The notes under the pieces are model-generated. The model did not search any database. It was not told the DNA's origin and saw only the letters and a list, made by a program, of their open reading frames with translations. The position numbers were made by a program, and so were the translations under genes. Shown piece by piece: positions 45,683 to 59,657 of a DNA stretch of 64,000 nucleotides. The stretch is from Lophium mytilinum (taxonomy: Eukaryota): assembly GCA_010093605.1 (NCBI GenBank), contig MU004181.1, positions 1,364,001-1,428,000 of the forward strand, in the 5' to 3' direction. Numbering within the stretch: position 1 is the stretch's first letter; each line of letters opens with the position of its first letter.

Positions 45683-46964
45683 AATAGGTCTGAAGAGTTG
45701 GGTCTTTTCTTTTGTCTAGCGATGTCATTGAAGGAGCTGCTGGCAAGCTCCGAGAATGAAGGCGAGATGTGGATTGTTCGGTGGATTTTTTTTTCCTTAT
45801 TTCCTAATATTTCTTTACATCACCTCAGACTTTCCTTACCCTTGCCAGAAAATGACCTGTCAATACACCCTTTTTAGAATAAAACTATGTGCCTTGACGA
45901 ACTTCCTTTCGATCTTCCACAATTCTTCGAGCGACTTATTAAGTTGATCGATGTGGTCCATCAGAGTCAGCTTTATGTGACGTTCCATCTGGCAGCTTCA
46001 CAGTCATATTGTACATACATGCAAGATGGGAAGGTCTTCGTATCTGGGTCTTACTTATGATGACTCAGATTAAGAGTGTTTCCGCCGTAGTTTTTCCTTA
46101 AAACCATTCGACCTTTTTCCTCTTTCTGATGCTTTTAATATCATGCTGCCTACTTGTAATCCTTCTTTTTTACCGTCGCTGTACTACGTGGAAGTTCGTT
46201 GAATACCTCACTGGTCTCGGCGGCACTTTGCGGTAGTCCGCCCTCTCGATTTTATTCGCCGCACTCTACTGCTATCCAGAAATCTAGAGGTAATGAAAGA
46301 GAACTTCGGGCGGGCATCTACGGAAGCGCATGCTGTCTCCGACTGCCGTCTTCGTGGGGTCAATCAACACACATTGTAGGATCGAAATCCTAGACCAGGG
46401 GATTCTCAAGGGTATATGAGGCGGTATGGCGATGAGGTGGTATGATCGTGTGTGGACTTTCGTCTCCCCCTCGGAGCGGTTACTGCGCGTTAATACCTAA
46501 ACAATGCTAGAGTAAATATAGGGTCGTAATATACGGCGTCAGACACCGTTGACAACGCCCCAACCGCACTCGGACGAACCACACCAAAAGCCAAAATTAC
46601 GATGCTATAGATTCGGTCCCTGGCCTGCAGAACTGCCATGCCTCTATTCACACCTTATATTTGGTAAATGCATGGTCCTCTATACAACTACCAGGCCGCG
46701 GTGCCTTCACGAGCCGACTGCACCTTTTTCTTCATCAGACGGCTACGCGCGTCACTCAACACACTGAGAAGCCTTATTCACCATCTTCCTTTTGTCGAAG
46801 TAATTGCTTTTGCCACAAACCCGGATATGCCTGCCTAAGTGATGTGCTAGGAGTGTCCGTCTCTCTTTATAGCTCATCGATACCTCTCCTGGCTGCACGC
46901 CGATTTCTCTGCCTCTCTATCCGCTCTTCCTACTCTTTCCTCATCTCTTTTCGCCGCATCCACC

Positions 46965-49734
46965 ATGCAGTACATCCTTCTCTCCGTCTTAATTGGGCTC
47001 CTTTCAGTCACTTCCGCCAACCCAATCTTACACCCTCGTGCCAGCCCTACCAACACTAACAGTAACACCGCCACTAGTAGCGGTACGGCGCCATGCGCCG
47101 CCGTCTCTGCCGCTCACTTTGCGCCAACCAACCCTGATGGTACAGTTCCGGCGAACCTGGCTTATGAATGCCTCAAGAGCGTGCCACTCAACATCACCGC
47201 TGCTAAGAGCCTCATGGGGGAGATACGGCCCTACATCAGATGGCAAACCAACATTGCCTTCCTGAAGAATCCACCCTCCGAGTACATTCAGAAAATCCAG
47301 TCTCCCGTGGACATTCTCGCCGGATTAGATCAAATTGAGGCACAAATTGATAGTGGGGCTTTCTTTGGCGAGTACGACGTGAGTACCTAACCTTTTCTTT
47401 TCTCAGATTGATAGAAAAAAATCTAGAGATACCTCTTGCACAGTACTTAATCGCTAGTCTTTGTAAATTTTTCTGCTGCACTTCGAGGTGTTACACATTC
47501 TCAAAATTCGGAAGCGCCTCTTTTCAAATAATCATTGTCCGGCACGCCACGTCAAATGGTGGCGGATGCAGAGCATTTCGAAAGCGAGAATTGCTGTAGT
47601 TTCGGTGGAATCAAGTTTGTGTGCGCATGTCTGCCGCCGTTCATGTACTCTGAATACGTTTCCAAACCTATGACGAACTGTAGATTAACGATTCTGATGT
47701 ATCCCCGGATTCTGATCTATACCATACTGCTTGGGCCACGTCGAACCGTATGGGCGAAGGTTCTAACTAACTCCTCCGTAGTTCGGATCTGCGCTCTATA
47801 AACTCATCTTATCAGCACACGACGGTCATTTCTCTATCGTCCTAGATTCCGTAGGAAATCTTTTCAACTTCGACAGGAGGGTACCATTGGTTTCCGTCTC
47901 TGAAGATGGAGTGAAGTTACCTGCGGCTTTTGTGTACGCCGATGTCGTGGCCCAGCAATTCAACACTATTTCCTATACTCCCTCGGCTGTTGTCCGGATT
48001 GATGGCCAAGATACCGCCACCTTTCTCGAGAATTGGAGCCAATGGGGCATTCTTCAGGACCGCGATGCCCTATATAACAATCTCTTCTACGAGCTTGCGC
48101 AAGTCTCAATTGGCGGCTCTGGGACCGGCACTGGAACCTTTAGGTAAGGCTCACTCACACACACACATGACGCCCGGGTTCGCTCACACATTTATCATAG
48201 TGGCGGTGGGCGCGGTCGTTGGGCTCCGTTGACGACAGCGACTACTACACTTACTTTTGCCAATGGGACCTCCCGCGTGTATAATAATATCGCATACCCC
48301 ATGTTTAGCTTGAGTGGTATCGATTCAGGGGAGAAGCTGCAGCAGCAGAATTTCAACTATTACGACGGGAGCACCGCCAATACTGGAGAAGCAAAGCTCC
48401 AGGCCGCTCCTGGTGCAAAAGCCGCAGCACCAGTCTCAGGATCAACATCGCCCGCTGGCTACCCGCCTTACGTTGTTGCCGGTCCCTCAAACCTCGTCAA
48501 CGGCTACTACATCGATTCGCCAGGCTACACCGACGTTGCGGTCCTCTCCCTACCCAATTTCGAGGGAGACTCAGACTACGAAGCCGACTTCCAGTCCACA
48601 AACCGAAACTTCCTCGCTAAAGCCGTCGCAGACAACAAAACTAAGCTCATCATCGACGTCTCCGCCAACGGCGGCGGCACCGTCTTGCAAGCCTACGACC
48701 TCTTCAAGCAACTCTTCCCCTCGCCCGCCTACCTCCCCTACGGCGCGACACGCTGGCGAGCCCACGAAGCCATGGACCTCATCGGCCAAGCCTTCAGCGC
48801 TGTGTGCCCGCTCTACCCGCGCGTGCTCGACACGATCCAGTTCTACGTGCAGGAGATGCAATCAACGTACTTCGACTATGAAGAAGAAGCCGACGTCAAC
48901 TACAAGCCCTTCACGTCCTGGCCCGAAAAATATAGCCCGCGCGTGTACAACGGCGACAACTTCACCGGCATCTCGCGCTACAACCTCTCCGACACCCTCA
49001 TCACGCTGCAGTCGGGCGGTATCGACATCACCGGCTACGGCGCCCTCGCGGGTCTTAGCAACAACCCGCAGCCGTTCAAAGCTGAGGACATTATTCTTGT
49101 CTACGACGGCTACTGCGCGTCTACGTGCAGCATCTTTTCGGAGCTGATGCGGCAGCAGGGCGGCGTCAAGGCGTATGCTATGGGCGGGCGGCCTAACACC
49201 CACCCGATCCAGGCGGTGGGCGGGACCAAGGGCGTAAACAACTACGGATGGGATACCATCCAGTCGTTAGTGTCGTTAGGCGTTAGGGCGACTAGCGGCG
49301 CGACGAGAACCCGGTATCAGCAAAGCACGCTGGGCACGGATTACAACGCCTATGGGCCGTTCGCCCGTACGTCTTGGGCGAGCTCCCCCGGATGCAACGT
49401 GAGAGATGGGCTCAGGCAGGGCGATGACAGCGGGACGCCGTTGCAGTTTCGGTACGAGGAGGCCGACTGTCGGTTGTATTATACGCCGGAGATGACGGTG
49501 GATGTGACGGCTATCTGGAAGGCGGCGGCCGACGCGCATTGGAGTGGGAAGGGTAAAGGTAAGTGTGTGGTGAATTGGTGGCCATTTTCTAAGAGAGAGG
49601 TTACTACAACGTTGAAGACGAGTAGACTTAGGAAGAGGGGCGCGAATGATGCAAAGGTTATGGAGGAGTTGTTGAATACGCTGACAATTAAGACGGATAA
49701 TCAGCTGAGGGGGAGTGGGTTCATGCAGCCGTAG
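46965..49734 (+). CDS. Secreted peptidase S41 family protein (CPAF-like); introns 47379-47781 and 48144-48200
   Basis: Signal peptide MQYILLSVLIGLLSVTSA; LAYECLKSVP; SAHDGHF; LIIDVSANGGG; catalytic-Ser region YDGYCASTCSIFSE; GGRP..QAVGGTKG; PLQFRYEEADCRLYYT. Confidence 0.9.
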
Positions 49735-50088
49735 GTTTGAAATGGGGAGTGGAACGGCTGGGAAACGGCAACTCATCAAGCATCAAGTCCAATAGTGGTG
49801 TCCAAAATCCAATCCTGTTTCGCCGCGATCCGGTCCAGATGGTATGCTAGCGATGCTGCAGAAAATGACTGTGACAAGATGGAAAGGGAGCCAAAATCTG
49901 CCGTGAAATAAGAATAACAAACTCCTCCGCAACTCCACCCAATGCCGGGAGCCGACGTTCTTCCCGAGGACCAAGAAATGTGACGGCGACCCAATTGCTC
50001 CTTCTAAATCCCTCCAACCTCATCTAAGAGGTCCGTAAAAAGTACACATCCGTATCCAACATCTAGCCGCCCATAGACTTATCTACAT

Positions 50089-53000
50089 CTAGGAAGGCCG
50101 CTTCCCCTCCAACCAAATATCCCCTCCTTCGCCTCTAACCCACATTCCCCACGCCCTCTCGTACGCCTCCTCTAAATCTCTCACCCACCGCTTTGTATCA
50201 AACAACGCGCTCTTCCACCGACTCTCGTACAGTAACTTGCGTAATGCCGCCAGCCGACCTGTCGCCCGATATCCCTCGTACACACACTCCTTGCCCAAGC
50301 GCACAGCCGCTTCTTCATACTCCTCCTCGCTCCCTGCGATCAGATCCCGCGCCGCTTGCACTCCATCCGCGTTTCTTGGCAGAGCGCCTTTCAGGATACT
50401 CGCCGCCATGCGGCTGCACATCTTGTAGCGATAGCGCGGGAGGGTTAGTAAGGGTGTGCCCGACCACAAGACGTCGGCGGCCGTGGTGTGCGCGTTGCAT
50501 TCTGGCGTGTCTAGAAAGAGGTCGCAGACGCGAGCGCGCGCGATATGCATGTGCTTCTGGGCGACGTCGGTGAATATAACACGGGACGCGACTTCAGGGC
50601 CGGCCCATGCGTGGGCAGTTTGCTTTAGGTTGGTCTCGCCGAGGTCGGGGAAGCGAAGGAGCCAGAGAACGGCATTAGGGAGACGTGCAAGGATGCGGAG
50701 CCAGGTACGGAAGGTGGTAGGCTCGATCTGAGGGACAGGTGTTAGAAGACTTTACAGGGTGATGAAGAGAAGGAATGGACGTACCTTGTAGAGTTGGTTG
50801 AAGTTGCCCAAGATAATGGCATCGTCGGGAAGGTTAGGGAAGAGTTCTTTACGCATCTTCCAACGTCGGACTTGCTCGTCTTCCCAGTCCAACTGCTTGC
50901 CCTGCGAGTCTGGCGCGCTCTGTCTGTGGTCGCAGCAGAAGAATGTATCGCGGGAGAAAATGATGTTCTCGCCATAGACCCATTCGTCGTCTGTCCCTCC
51001 GCTGTTGTCGTCGACGAAATTATCTTCAATATCGACGTTGCGACGCCACTTCCGCAGCGTACTCGGGGGCACGGCTGTGTCGTCTGCGAGTAAGTAATCA
51101 CACCATTCCGCGCCTAGTGTGCCGGCGAAACCCATAAAGGACATCTGAATGGGAGCTGGACGAGCTGCGAACACTTCGTTCCTCGCGCCGCGAGTGTAGC
51201 CATTCAGGTTGATTAGTATGTGAATCCCATCTTGCACAATCTGGTTGACGAGGCGTTCGGCTGACCAATTGCTGGCATCGTAGAAGACCGGCGACTCTTT
51301 CTCAATCTGTTGGCGATGAACAGAACCGTCGCTTGCAGTAGTAGCGTAACAGTATGCCTTGGCGCGGGAGCGGTCATGAAGTCCAAATACTGACTGCATG
51401 AGATGTGCCAGTGGGTGGTTGTTGAAGTCAGATGACACGTACCCGACCTTGAGGTACGGTTTCGGAGGTGGAGGGGGAGCAAAGACTGTCGGTGGTATCC
51501 ATGGAGCCTTTAGTGTGGAGCAAGATATGCGAAGACCGTTTCTCTGAGATATCAACCTTATCTGCTTCGCAGACATCGGACAGGTGAAGGTATGGAAAGG
51601 AAGAACGGTAGGAGCGGCCGGGACCGTGAGAGCGCCTGGTAGCTGAGGTCGCCGGTACCATGTAGTCGGACGTGGCATTCCCTTGACGTACTTGTCTTGG
51701 TACCATTGCCATGTAACTCTTCTGATTACGCGCTCAACCAAGCGTACCACTCTTGCGCCTTCCCATTTCTGACCTCTCCAGCTGGCCAGCGTTGACTTCA
51801 TGCTCTTCTCCTTCTCCTTCAAGTCGGAAACACCACCTTCGATGAGAGTCAACGATCGAATTATTGATTCCACAAAGCGCTGGTCGATGACGCCCAGTCC
51901 CCAGTTCTCTCCATCGCCCAGTTGTTTCTCGACAAGATCAACGACTCGCTTGATCCAGCCAGAACTCGAAGCACCGGGAAGTTTCGCGTCAAGGAGCATG
52001 CCCTTATCGTCCACGTGCCATCGATCTCGGGTGCCGCTATCCGAAGCAATACCGCCTCTACCTGCCCAGCCACAGACTGAGTTCAAGGCATTCGCAAGGC
52101 CGCACACAGCCTCAGCAAAGTCAGGACTGGCATTCACAGCGCGCCTGTAGTATGTGATGGCGTCGCTAATCCGGCCTTTGTCCTTCACAGCGTTTGCCAG
52201 ATTTGCAAGGGCGATATCGAAGTTCCCGTCACATGCTACGGCCTGCTCATACATATTGATGGCAACGTCTAATTGGCCGATATCTTTGAGTAAGCTGCCA
52301 AGATTCGTGTAAAGATGTGCGTGTTTCGAGTCTAGGAGCAGGCCGTAGTTGTAATGCATTAGTGCTAGTGCGATTCCGCTCCCGGGGACCAACCCAGGTA
52401 TTATAGGTTTGGGGATGGGAGCGGATACCGGGATGTGCTTGGAAGGCGCCGACTGCTGCACACTGGAGAGCAGTATACCGACATTGTTGGCAGTCGACGG
52501 ACTTGGTTGAAGCGAAAGAGAAAGGTAGTATAAGGCTAGAATCTCTCGTACGCTGTATGAAGTCTGGTATGCGGACGACTTCGGTGAGTTTGTGGACATC
52601 CCATCCTGGAAAATTTTGGCTAGGGACAATAGTGAGTTACTGGTAGTTGATATCGCAGCTTTCCGAGCCATTCCTTCACTAGAAACAAATTTGAGACCAG
52701 GAAGCTGTCCATGCGGAGGAAAGCAAAGCTGTGAGGTTTTCAAGGCAGGCTCAGGACCGAGTAAAATCGGATCATGCGAAATTGGGACGCGCCGGCCGTC
52801 AGCGGTTGTCTCGCCTTGTCCAATAACTGAGAGGATATGCCTAATAAGACCTTCAATGCCCTGTATTTGACGGCCAGCAGCGATCAAGACGGCGCTTTCG
52901 AAAGCTTTAGCAGCGCCGACGTTGTCACCCAGAGCATATAACATGTTCCCCTTGGCGTGAACTAGTGCGAGGATTCTGCCGTTGTCCGATCCTGGAATAG

Positions 53001-55297
53001 CGTATCCACTTGATCCGAAGCCAGGCTGATCTGAGCCAGGTAGCTCGTCCAGATCCTTGAAGACAGTCTCACCATCTCCATCGAAGAACTCAAACACTGG
53101 TTTGTCAGAGACTTCTGAGACTGCTGGAGAGCGGCTCATGGATGTCGACCGCTCACTCTGAACATCGAGGTTCTTTGATAGCTCCCCACTCTTGAAATAT
53201 CTCAAGGATCGCTCCACATGTTCAATAATCTGGACAGCCTCTTTCCCTCTATGATCTGTGCACAGAAGACCAATCAAATGTTCAACAGCTTCGAAATAGC
53301 TAGGACGTAATTTGACCGCGCGGATCCAATACTGCTCGGCATCTTGTTTTCGCTGAAGCGCGAGAAGAGTTGCAGCTAGATTAGAGATTGCTTCCACATG
53401 GCTGGCATCTTATCAGCAGGGTTTGAGTGCGGCGGTCATTGTCAACTTACTCTGCGTCAAGATCAAGTATCCGAGAATACCACCCGAGTGCCTTCTGATA
53501 ATCTCCAAGTGCATAGGCTAAGCATCCGCCGAGAAGCATGCCGTCTATCCATTTCCAAGAGCTTTCACTGCAGTGTTTTGTAATTGACTCGAGAGCTGAG
53601 TTTGCAACAGTACTTGAAAATACGCTGGGTTGCAATCCGGTAATCGATCCCGAGGTCCGTCGCAACGTACGAGCAGAATCATTAATCTGATTATGTAGGT
53701 GCATTAGGCCAGGACTTCCCATTTGCTGTTGCCAAGAGGCTCGCCGTTGAGCTTCGGGATCCCGTTGCTCGGCCGGACTTGGGGACCACAAAGAAGATGA
53801 GCGACCGTGAGATAGCGATGGTCGCTTGTGTTTATTTTGGAAGTTCGGATCGTCATGCTCGGCGCTGAGCGCTTGAGACAAAGTGCCAGGATTCGATATC
53901 CGCCTGTCATAAGTCTTGCCAGAGTTGTTAGTATTTGAGGAGGAGAAATTAGCGCCAGGCTGCCGAGGAGGTTTTGGATAGATGTTGGGACGAGGCGGCT
54001 GCCCGTTTGCGTGTCGAATATGGGCATTTGCCTTTCTAGTTTGTTGTAAATACTTTAGGAGGTCAATGTAGACCGTGTGAGCCCAGTTGAAAACCTTCTC
54101 CCGCAATTGCGCATTGCTTGAATGAGGGCCAAACTCGGAGTCGGAGATAGGTGTAGAGATGGGCGTGAGGTCAAGTACTGGCGTCGTTTGGCCAGACGAG
54201 TGTGACGAGTGGACGTCAAGCGGGGTATGTGATGTTCGCTGTCTAAACTGAGTATTGAGATTCAGGTTCTGATATTCTGGTCCTTGGTTGCGTCCATGGT
54301 GATAAGTATGATGTGTCGGTTCACCATTTCGTATGCTATATGGCAGCGGCTGATCAAGAGCAGCACCGTCGATGTTATACGAATTTCCAGGTGGTAATGG
54401 TATTGATCCGGGAAATGGGGTTTGTTGCAAGAGGTTGGCATTCGGTACCGGAGGATTGAATGCTTGCCAATCCCCCATGCCTTTGCCAAGATAGCCTTGT
54501 TGATGCGCCGAACTCCAAGTAGACGCAGGATGATGGTAGTAGCGTGGATCACGCATAGCGGCAGGCCTGTAGGGAATGAAGGTTCCATCGTACCAGTAAG
54601 GCCCATACGGGCCTTGATCATTCGATACTGTTGGAGCTAGTTGTGTGTGAAATTGAGGGTCCATTGCACCACAAAACTGCTGGCCATAGAAGCGATACAC
54701 GAGATCCTGGTCGGCTGGCAGCTGGTTCAGCATCGAATCAAAATTTGGCAACGTGTTTTGTGAATTCGTCCACGAATTCTTGCGAGCATGCCAATTGACG
54801 GACTGGGGCTCTTGATTCACTTGACCGTAGCCATTGAATACCGAAGCAGGCGACCTTATCGGTAAATTCTGAGTCAGGCTATGCGGAAACACTGCTGAAT
54901 TCAAGTGGGTAGGTTCGTCAGCCGTGACGGGTAGCAGAACGTGCTTGGATGCATGTGGCCTTTCTGTCTGCTCCACTGAAGTTCCGTCGTACGCGGCGGC
55001 CAGGATCCCGTTTGGTGTCTTCCGACGAAGCATGTGCTCTGGATGCTTCACTTCCACCTGACCCTGGCCCCTCTGTTCTGTATATTGCTGGTGTGAATTC
55101 TGGCGCTGAAGGGGATGAGCGTACTGCTGGGGCATTCGGGGATGCCCAGCACTCCACTGTTCGTGACCAGGGGCATTTCGACGTGCAGCGGAGCGCGGAG
55201 AGATGGGGAGTGAGTCGGAAGGCGCAGCGGGTGTGTTGAAAGTGAACAGCTGCGTTTGCTGCGTAGGGAGGGGTGGATATTGCCGGACCATCGTCAT
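50089..55297 (-). CDS. OGT: O-GlcNAc transferase (GT41, TPR plus catalytic domain); introns 53402-53450 and 50728-50784
   Basis: TPRs (HVEAISNLAATL, HLYTNLGSLLKDIG, ALANLANAVKDKG); LKVGYVSSDFNNHPLAHLM; ILINLNGYTRGARNEVFAARPAPIQMSFMGFAGTLG; NFNQLYK|IEP; DLFLDTPECNAHTTAADVLWSGTP. Confidence 0.94.
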
Positions 55298-58200
55298 GTT
55301 GTAATCAGATGCCTAGTGCGCACTTGGAGAGGAGAAGTCTCAATCAATAGGGCTCCCAGGACAATGGGGACGGGCCTCCAACTCGTACAAGGCTCTTTCA
55401 CCAAGACCGGCTGGTGCCTATGCCTTTGCGAAGTTGTCTCCCGTCGCCGGTGCATGACATTTCAGATTATTGTGTCCAAGACAGGTGGCTCCAGGCGTCC
55501 CAATACCGGCTTGTCACCAGTTTAGGATCCCAGCATGCAGAGGAGAGGTCCCAGCAGGCGGACGGCGGACGGGTGCAGCGTCGCAGCAGCAACGGGCCGT
55601 CCGATTAGCGACTCCCAGACTCTGGAGAGCGACACAAAGCGCGAGGCGGGGAATGTAAAGACAGAGTGTCAGGATTGAGGCCGGTGAGGACAGCACGCGG
55701 GATGCGAGGCAGATGCAAGGGAGTGGACAGCGTGCCGTCTGACGCAACCGGGGCGGCTGGGCGGGAGCTGTGCAGCGGGAGAAACGGTGAAGCACACTCT
55801 CAGGCGACGCGAGCTGACGAGGCCGAGGGCTCACTACGTGCAGCGATGGAGGATGCGTGAGGTTTTACGTCGAGCGGGAGCAGGCGTCTGCTGTCACACG
55901 GCGGTGACGGAGGCGCAGCGGCGCGACTGGAGAGCGCCCTGCCGTTCGGGCAACGAGACACACGGATAGCGACGTCGGCTTGGGGCTCGAGCTGGCGGGT
56001 CCACCAGAAGCGTGCCGGGCGCGTTGGGAGAGCGGACGAGAGCGAAGGTATATGGGTTGGTGTTGGTCTGTCTTGAAAGCTGGCTCGACAAGCAACGATG
56101 TCACTAAAGCGGGCGGACTTGGGGGGCTAGCGACAGCGTCAAAGAGCGTCTCTGGCTTGGGAAAAGCCTGCCGCCAGGCGTTGCGCGACCCCGGCGTGCA
56201 CCAGCGAGAATGCTGCAGGTGGCTTGCCCCAGCCCTGTCCACCGCCCATCCGTGGGGCGCCAAAACGGGGACAGGGGCTGCGAGAACACGGCGCCGTGCT
56301 CACTGCTGTGCGAGGACATGGCTGTTTGCAGCCTCTCGATGCCCACTCCGTTGCCGTGCCGTCTCTCCAGGTGCCGTCCGCGTTGATATTCGCCGTACTC
56401 TCACCATGCTCGCGCCGACTCGGGGCCGGGCAGTGCGTGTTGGGCGGGCAGAGTGGCTCCACCCGTCCTGATACTCTGCAGCTCAACACGCCCGCCCTGT
56501 CGACGGGTGCAAATCACAATAACGAACCCAGCGTCGTCGCGGCGGCCGGCCATCGTGGCGTGCGCCCAAGACGTCTCGACCAAGCAGAACGGTGGATGCC
56601 TGCGCCGTGGCTGACGCCGCCCTCACCACCCCGACCAATTCGTTCAACGGCGATCGCCCAACTCTTGGGGCCACACAACGCGGCCGCCATCACGGCCTCA
56701 CGCGCCAGCGACGCTGCTGGTGCCTGTGCCAACCATGGCGTGGGGAACATGCAGACTGACCGCACATCTGGCCCACTAGTAAGCTGGCCGTGCCGGATCA
56801 AGCCGGCTACCAAACCCGCTTGCGAATTTGATAGTAGCGATCTGCTGCTCATCCGGGAGATACACTTTGTGTCGTTTGTCCGGCGGTGGGCCAGTGGTGT
56901 CGATGCAGCTTCGATCTGAGACAAAAGACGATGAAACGCTTGGATTGGTACATATATAATTGTGGGTATATATAGCTGGTAGATTGAGTAAACCTGAAAC
57001 CGTATCAGCCCCCATTGGATGGCGAGGCATCCTTCGCCAATGCCGTGCAGCTGTGCCGCATGCCTGTAAGCGCATTGCTAACATCAGATCGCCAGTTGCA
57101 AGAATTGCATGAGGTGGCATGTCTGTAGACCGTAAAAGATGGACCACTGCACCCACGTCCGAAGAGCAGGATGCCGCGGTGAGTAGTAGGTCTGATTTCC
57201 TCTCCGTTGCACCAAAATAGGCCTATACCATGGTATGGTCCGATCCAAAAGGAAAGGGGTAAGGGCCAGAGTGTTGGCAAAGGGATCTCAAGCAGTGTCA
57301 CAGTATATGCTAAGAGTAGGTGGCATGTAAGTGGGAGTTTAGTAAAGGTAGAGACCGAGTTTGACAAAGATGGATGACGATGATGATGCTGAAAGAGATC
57401 TGCGGCAGTGCCCCACATATCCTCAAACCTTACGCCGTACCTAATCTTATGTGAGAAAGTCCGGCTGTGCTGCTCAAGCTGGGCTTTGCCCCGAAATACT
57501 GCCGTGATGTTTCAAACTGAACACAGAAGCCTTGGTGATGGAGTCAGAAAACATATCCAGTGCTAAAAACTGTTCCGAGTTGTCGAGCTAGACTCAATGA
57601 GTGGCATTGAGCATGTTTGCTTTCTTTAGGGTCCCGGCACACGTAGTGTTTTGAGGCAGCATAGGAACGTGAATTCGATGATGAAATTGGATGAAAGTGT
57701 CTATAGAGAGCAGTAGGTCAGCGACGTGTACTATGACGGAACATACGGCAAGCATGCCAAAATAAAAATTGTGGAGAACCCACAAATACGACTGAACAAG
57801 ATGGGTAACTTACATATTGATGTCTACGAACACGTTGCAGAAAAAGTAGGCTACAAGTTGAGACACCAGAACCAACCCAAAGGATGCTGGCCATAATGTA
57901 TGGTAATTCGAAATGTGTTGGACCGCATTGAAGCGTTGTTGAGGGAGGCCTAAAGCTTCCTCGGTTGATGCGAAGATGGAGAGATGGAGAAGAAAATTTC
58001 GGTTTGATGAAGTTCCCAAGACTTGGCACGCTAATATATCAGCCTTACCTAATCTGGAATAGCGCTCCCCGAACCTTAGAAGCACCTCACCTGCATAGAT
58101 CGACCAATGTGGTCTACGAGCTTTAATACAGCTAGAGATCTGGTAGGATATAACTGAAATATTTTCATTGTCTGTAGAGAGGCCGAATTACTCTAGAAGT

Positions 58201-58477
58201 CATTGTACACCACCTAAAAGTAATCTTCAATGGATTGCAACTCGAATTTCCACCAGCTATGGTGCACTAACAACTAATCGCTACAATCAAGACTATGAAA
58301 TGCTTCGTCGGAACATGGGCTTGTTGCGGAAGTCGTGAGGATCATACCATAACTCCAGCCTTGTCCCATCCGAGCCATTTTCCGTTCCCAGAGAGCCTTT
58401 AACACCGTGTACCAGCATATTTCTTTTCCATCTAGGTCGCGCACACACCTGAAACATCATGCGAGCACTCGTGTGCT

Positions 58478-59657
58478 TCATTCTCCATCTTCTGTCTTTG
58501 TGTCGCCGACCTGTCCAGGCGCACCACTGTTAGGACCGAAGGAAGGACTCCTTCCCAAGTGGGAGGTCACGACGGGTGTGTGAGTAATCGGAGACGTCGG
58601 GTTGAGCTCGGTCATTTGCCGCTCTGGGTAGCATTAGCAACAGCCCCTGCAGGCTGCAGGAAATCGAAGGGACTCACCAAGTTCCCGGATCCTCAGCTTG
58701 AGCATCTGGTTCTCCCTCGTCAAGGTCTGTGTCTCCGCCTGGTAGAAAGCACTCTCGTCCCTAGCGCTAGCTGGAGTCCCAATTAGGAACTCACTACTCT
58801 CGTTTTGGCTTCCCAGTGCGGACGAGACCGGCCGGATAGCTGGCGAGCCTGCGTGGCTGCTGCTCTGGGACTGATTGTGGAGGGACGATTGCCGGGAAAG
58901 GCTGTTGTACGCTGGCAAAGGCGAGCGAGAGCGCGGAATCAAGGGACTGGCTTGTGGGTGCGACACGTTCTGCTGTGAAGCGAATCCAGAGCGAGGGAGC
59001 GACGGCGAGCGTGCCGGCTGTGGAGGGCCATCATCGATGACAGCTGAAGAAGAGTGTGGAGGTGCGTGGTTGTTTCGCTGGTTGCTGAGCGCGTGCTCTT
59101 GGCGGATCATGTTCAGCAGGCGGTTCTATGGAATGGGGTCAGTTGGAAGGTCAGAATAAGGTTTCGTGTTTGGTGGCGGCAAGACAGGACAGTGTAGGGT
59201 TTTGGGGATCGTGTGACAAGCCACGTACCACCTGGCCTTCCTGCTCAGACTCTAGTTCCTGGTGCAGCTCTCCCAGACTGGGCGCTCGCTCGCGACGGGG
59301 GCTAGGCGGGAAGCCTTGGGCGCGGGTTCTTGACGAAGGGCTCATCTGTTGCAGCTCTCCTGGGGACGGTATTGTGGGATCTTCCCGCTGCACGACTAAG
59401 CGGACTGACGAGCGTCGCCGGGCGCGTTCTACCTCGCGACGCATGGGACTGCCAGAGGGCCGGCGAGAGTCTTCATTCTGCATGCCAGCGTTCATAGCAG
59501 CAGCTGCGACGAGGGATCGGGGCGGCGAGTGGGAGGTGGGCGGCGTGGCAGGCCTGGGGGCGCCATCGCTGCTGGGGATTGTATGGGCCATTCGGGGTTG
59601 CAGTGGTGATGCAGTGGTGGATCGCGAAGGAGGAGGGAGCGAATTGATGTCGGGCAT
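58478..59657 (-). CDS. Conserved-looking fungal hypothetical protein with short coiled coils (3 exons)
   Basis: ERAPSLGELHQELESEQEGQV, intron 59126-59228, NRLLNMIRQ...ARDESAFYQAETQTLTRENQMLKLRIREL, intron 58624-58677, ERQMTELN...DGE*. Confidence 0.8.

Noticed and set aside
47669..47715. C/D-box snoRNA (ATGACGA ... CTGA ... CTGA) in the S41 intron
   Set aside because: Imperfect C box, span too short (~46 nt), and no terminal stem or evident rRNA guide.
55300..57000. Many overlapping 60-231 aa ORFs upstream of OGT
   Set aside because: GC-rich promoter/leader DNA with few stops in any frame; no recognisable motifs or codon bias.
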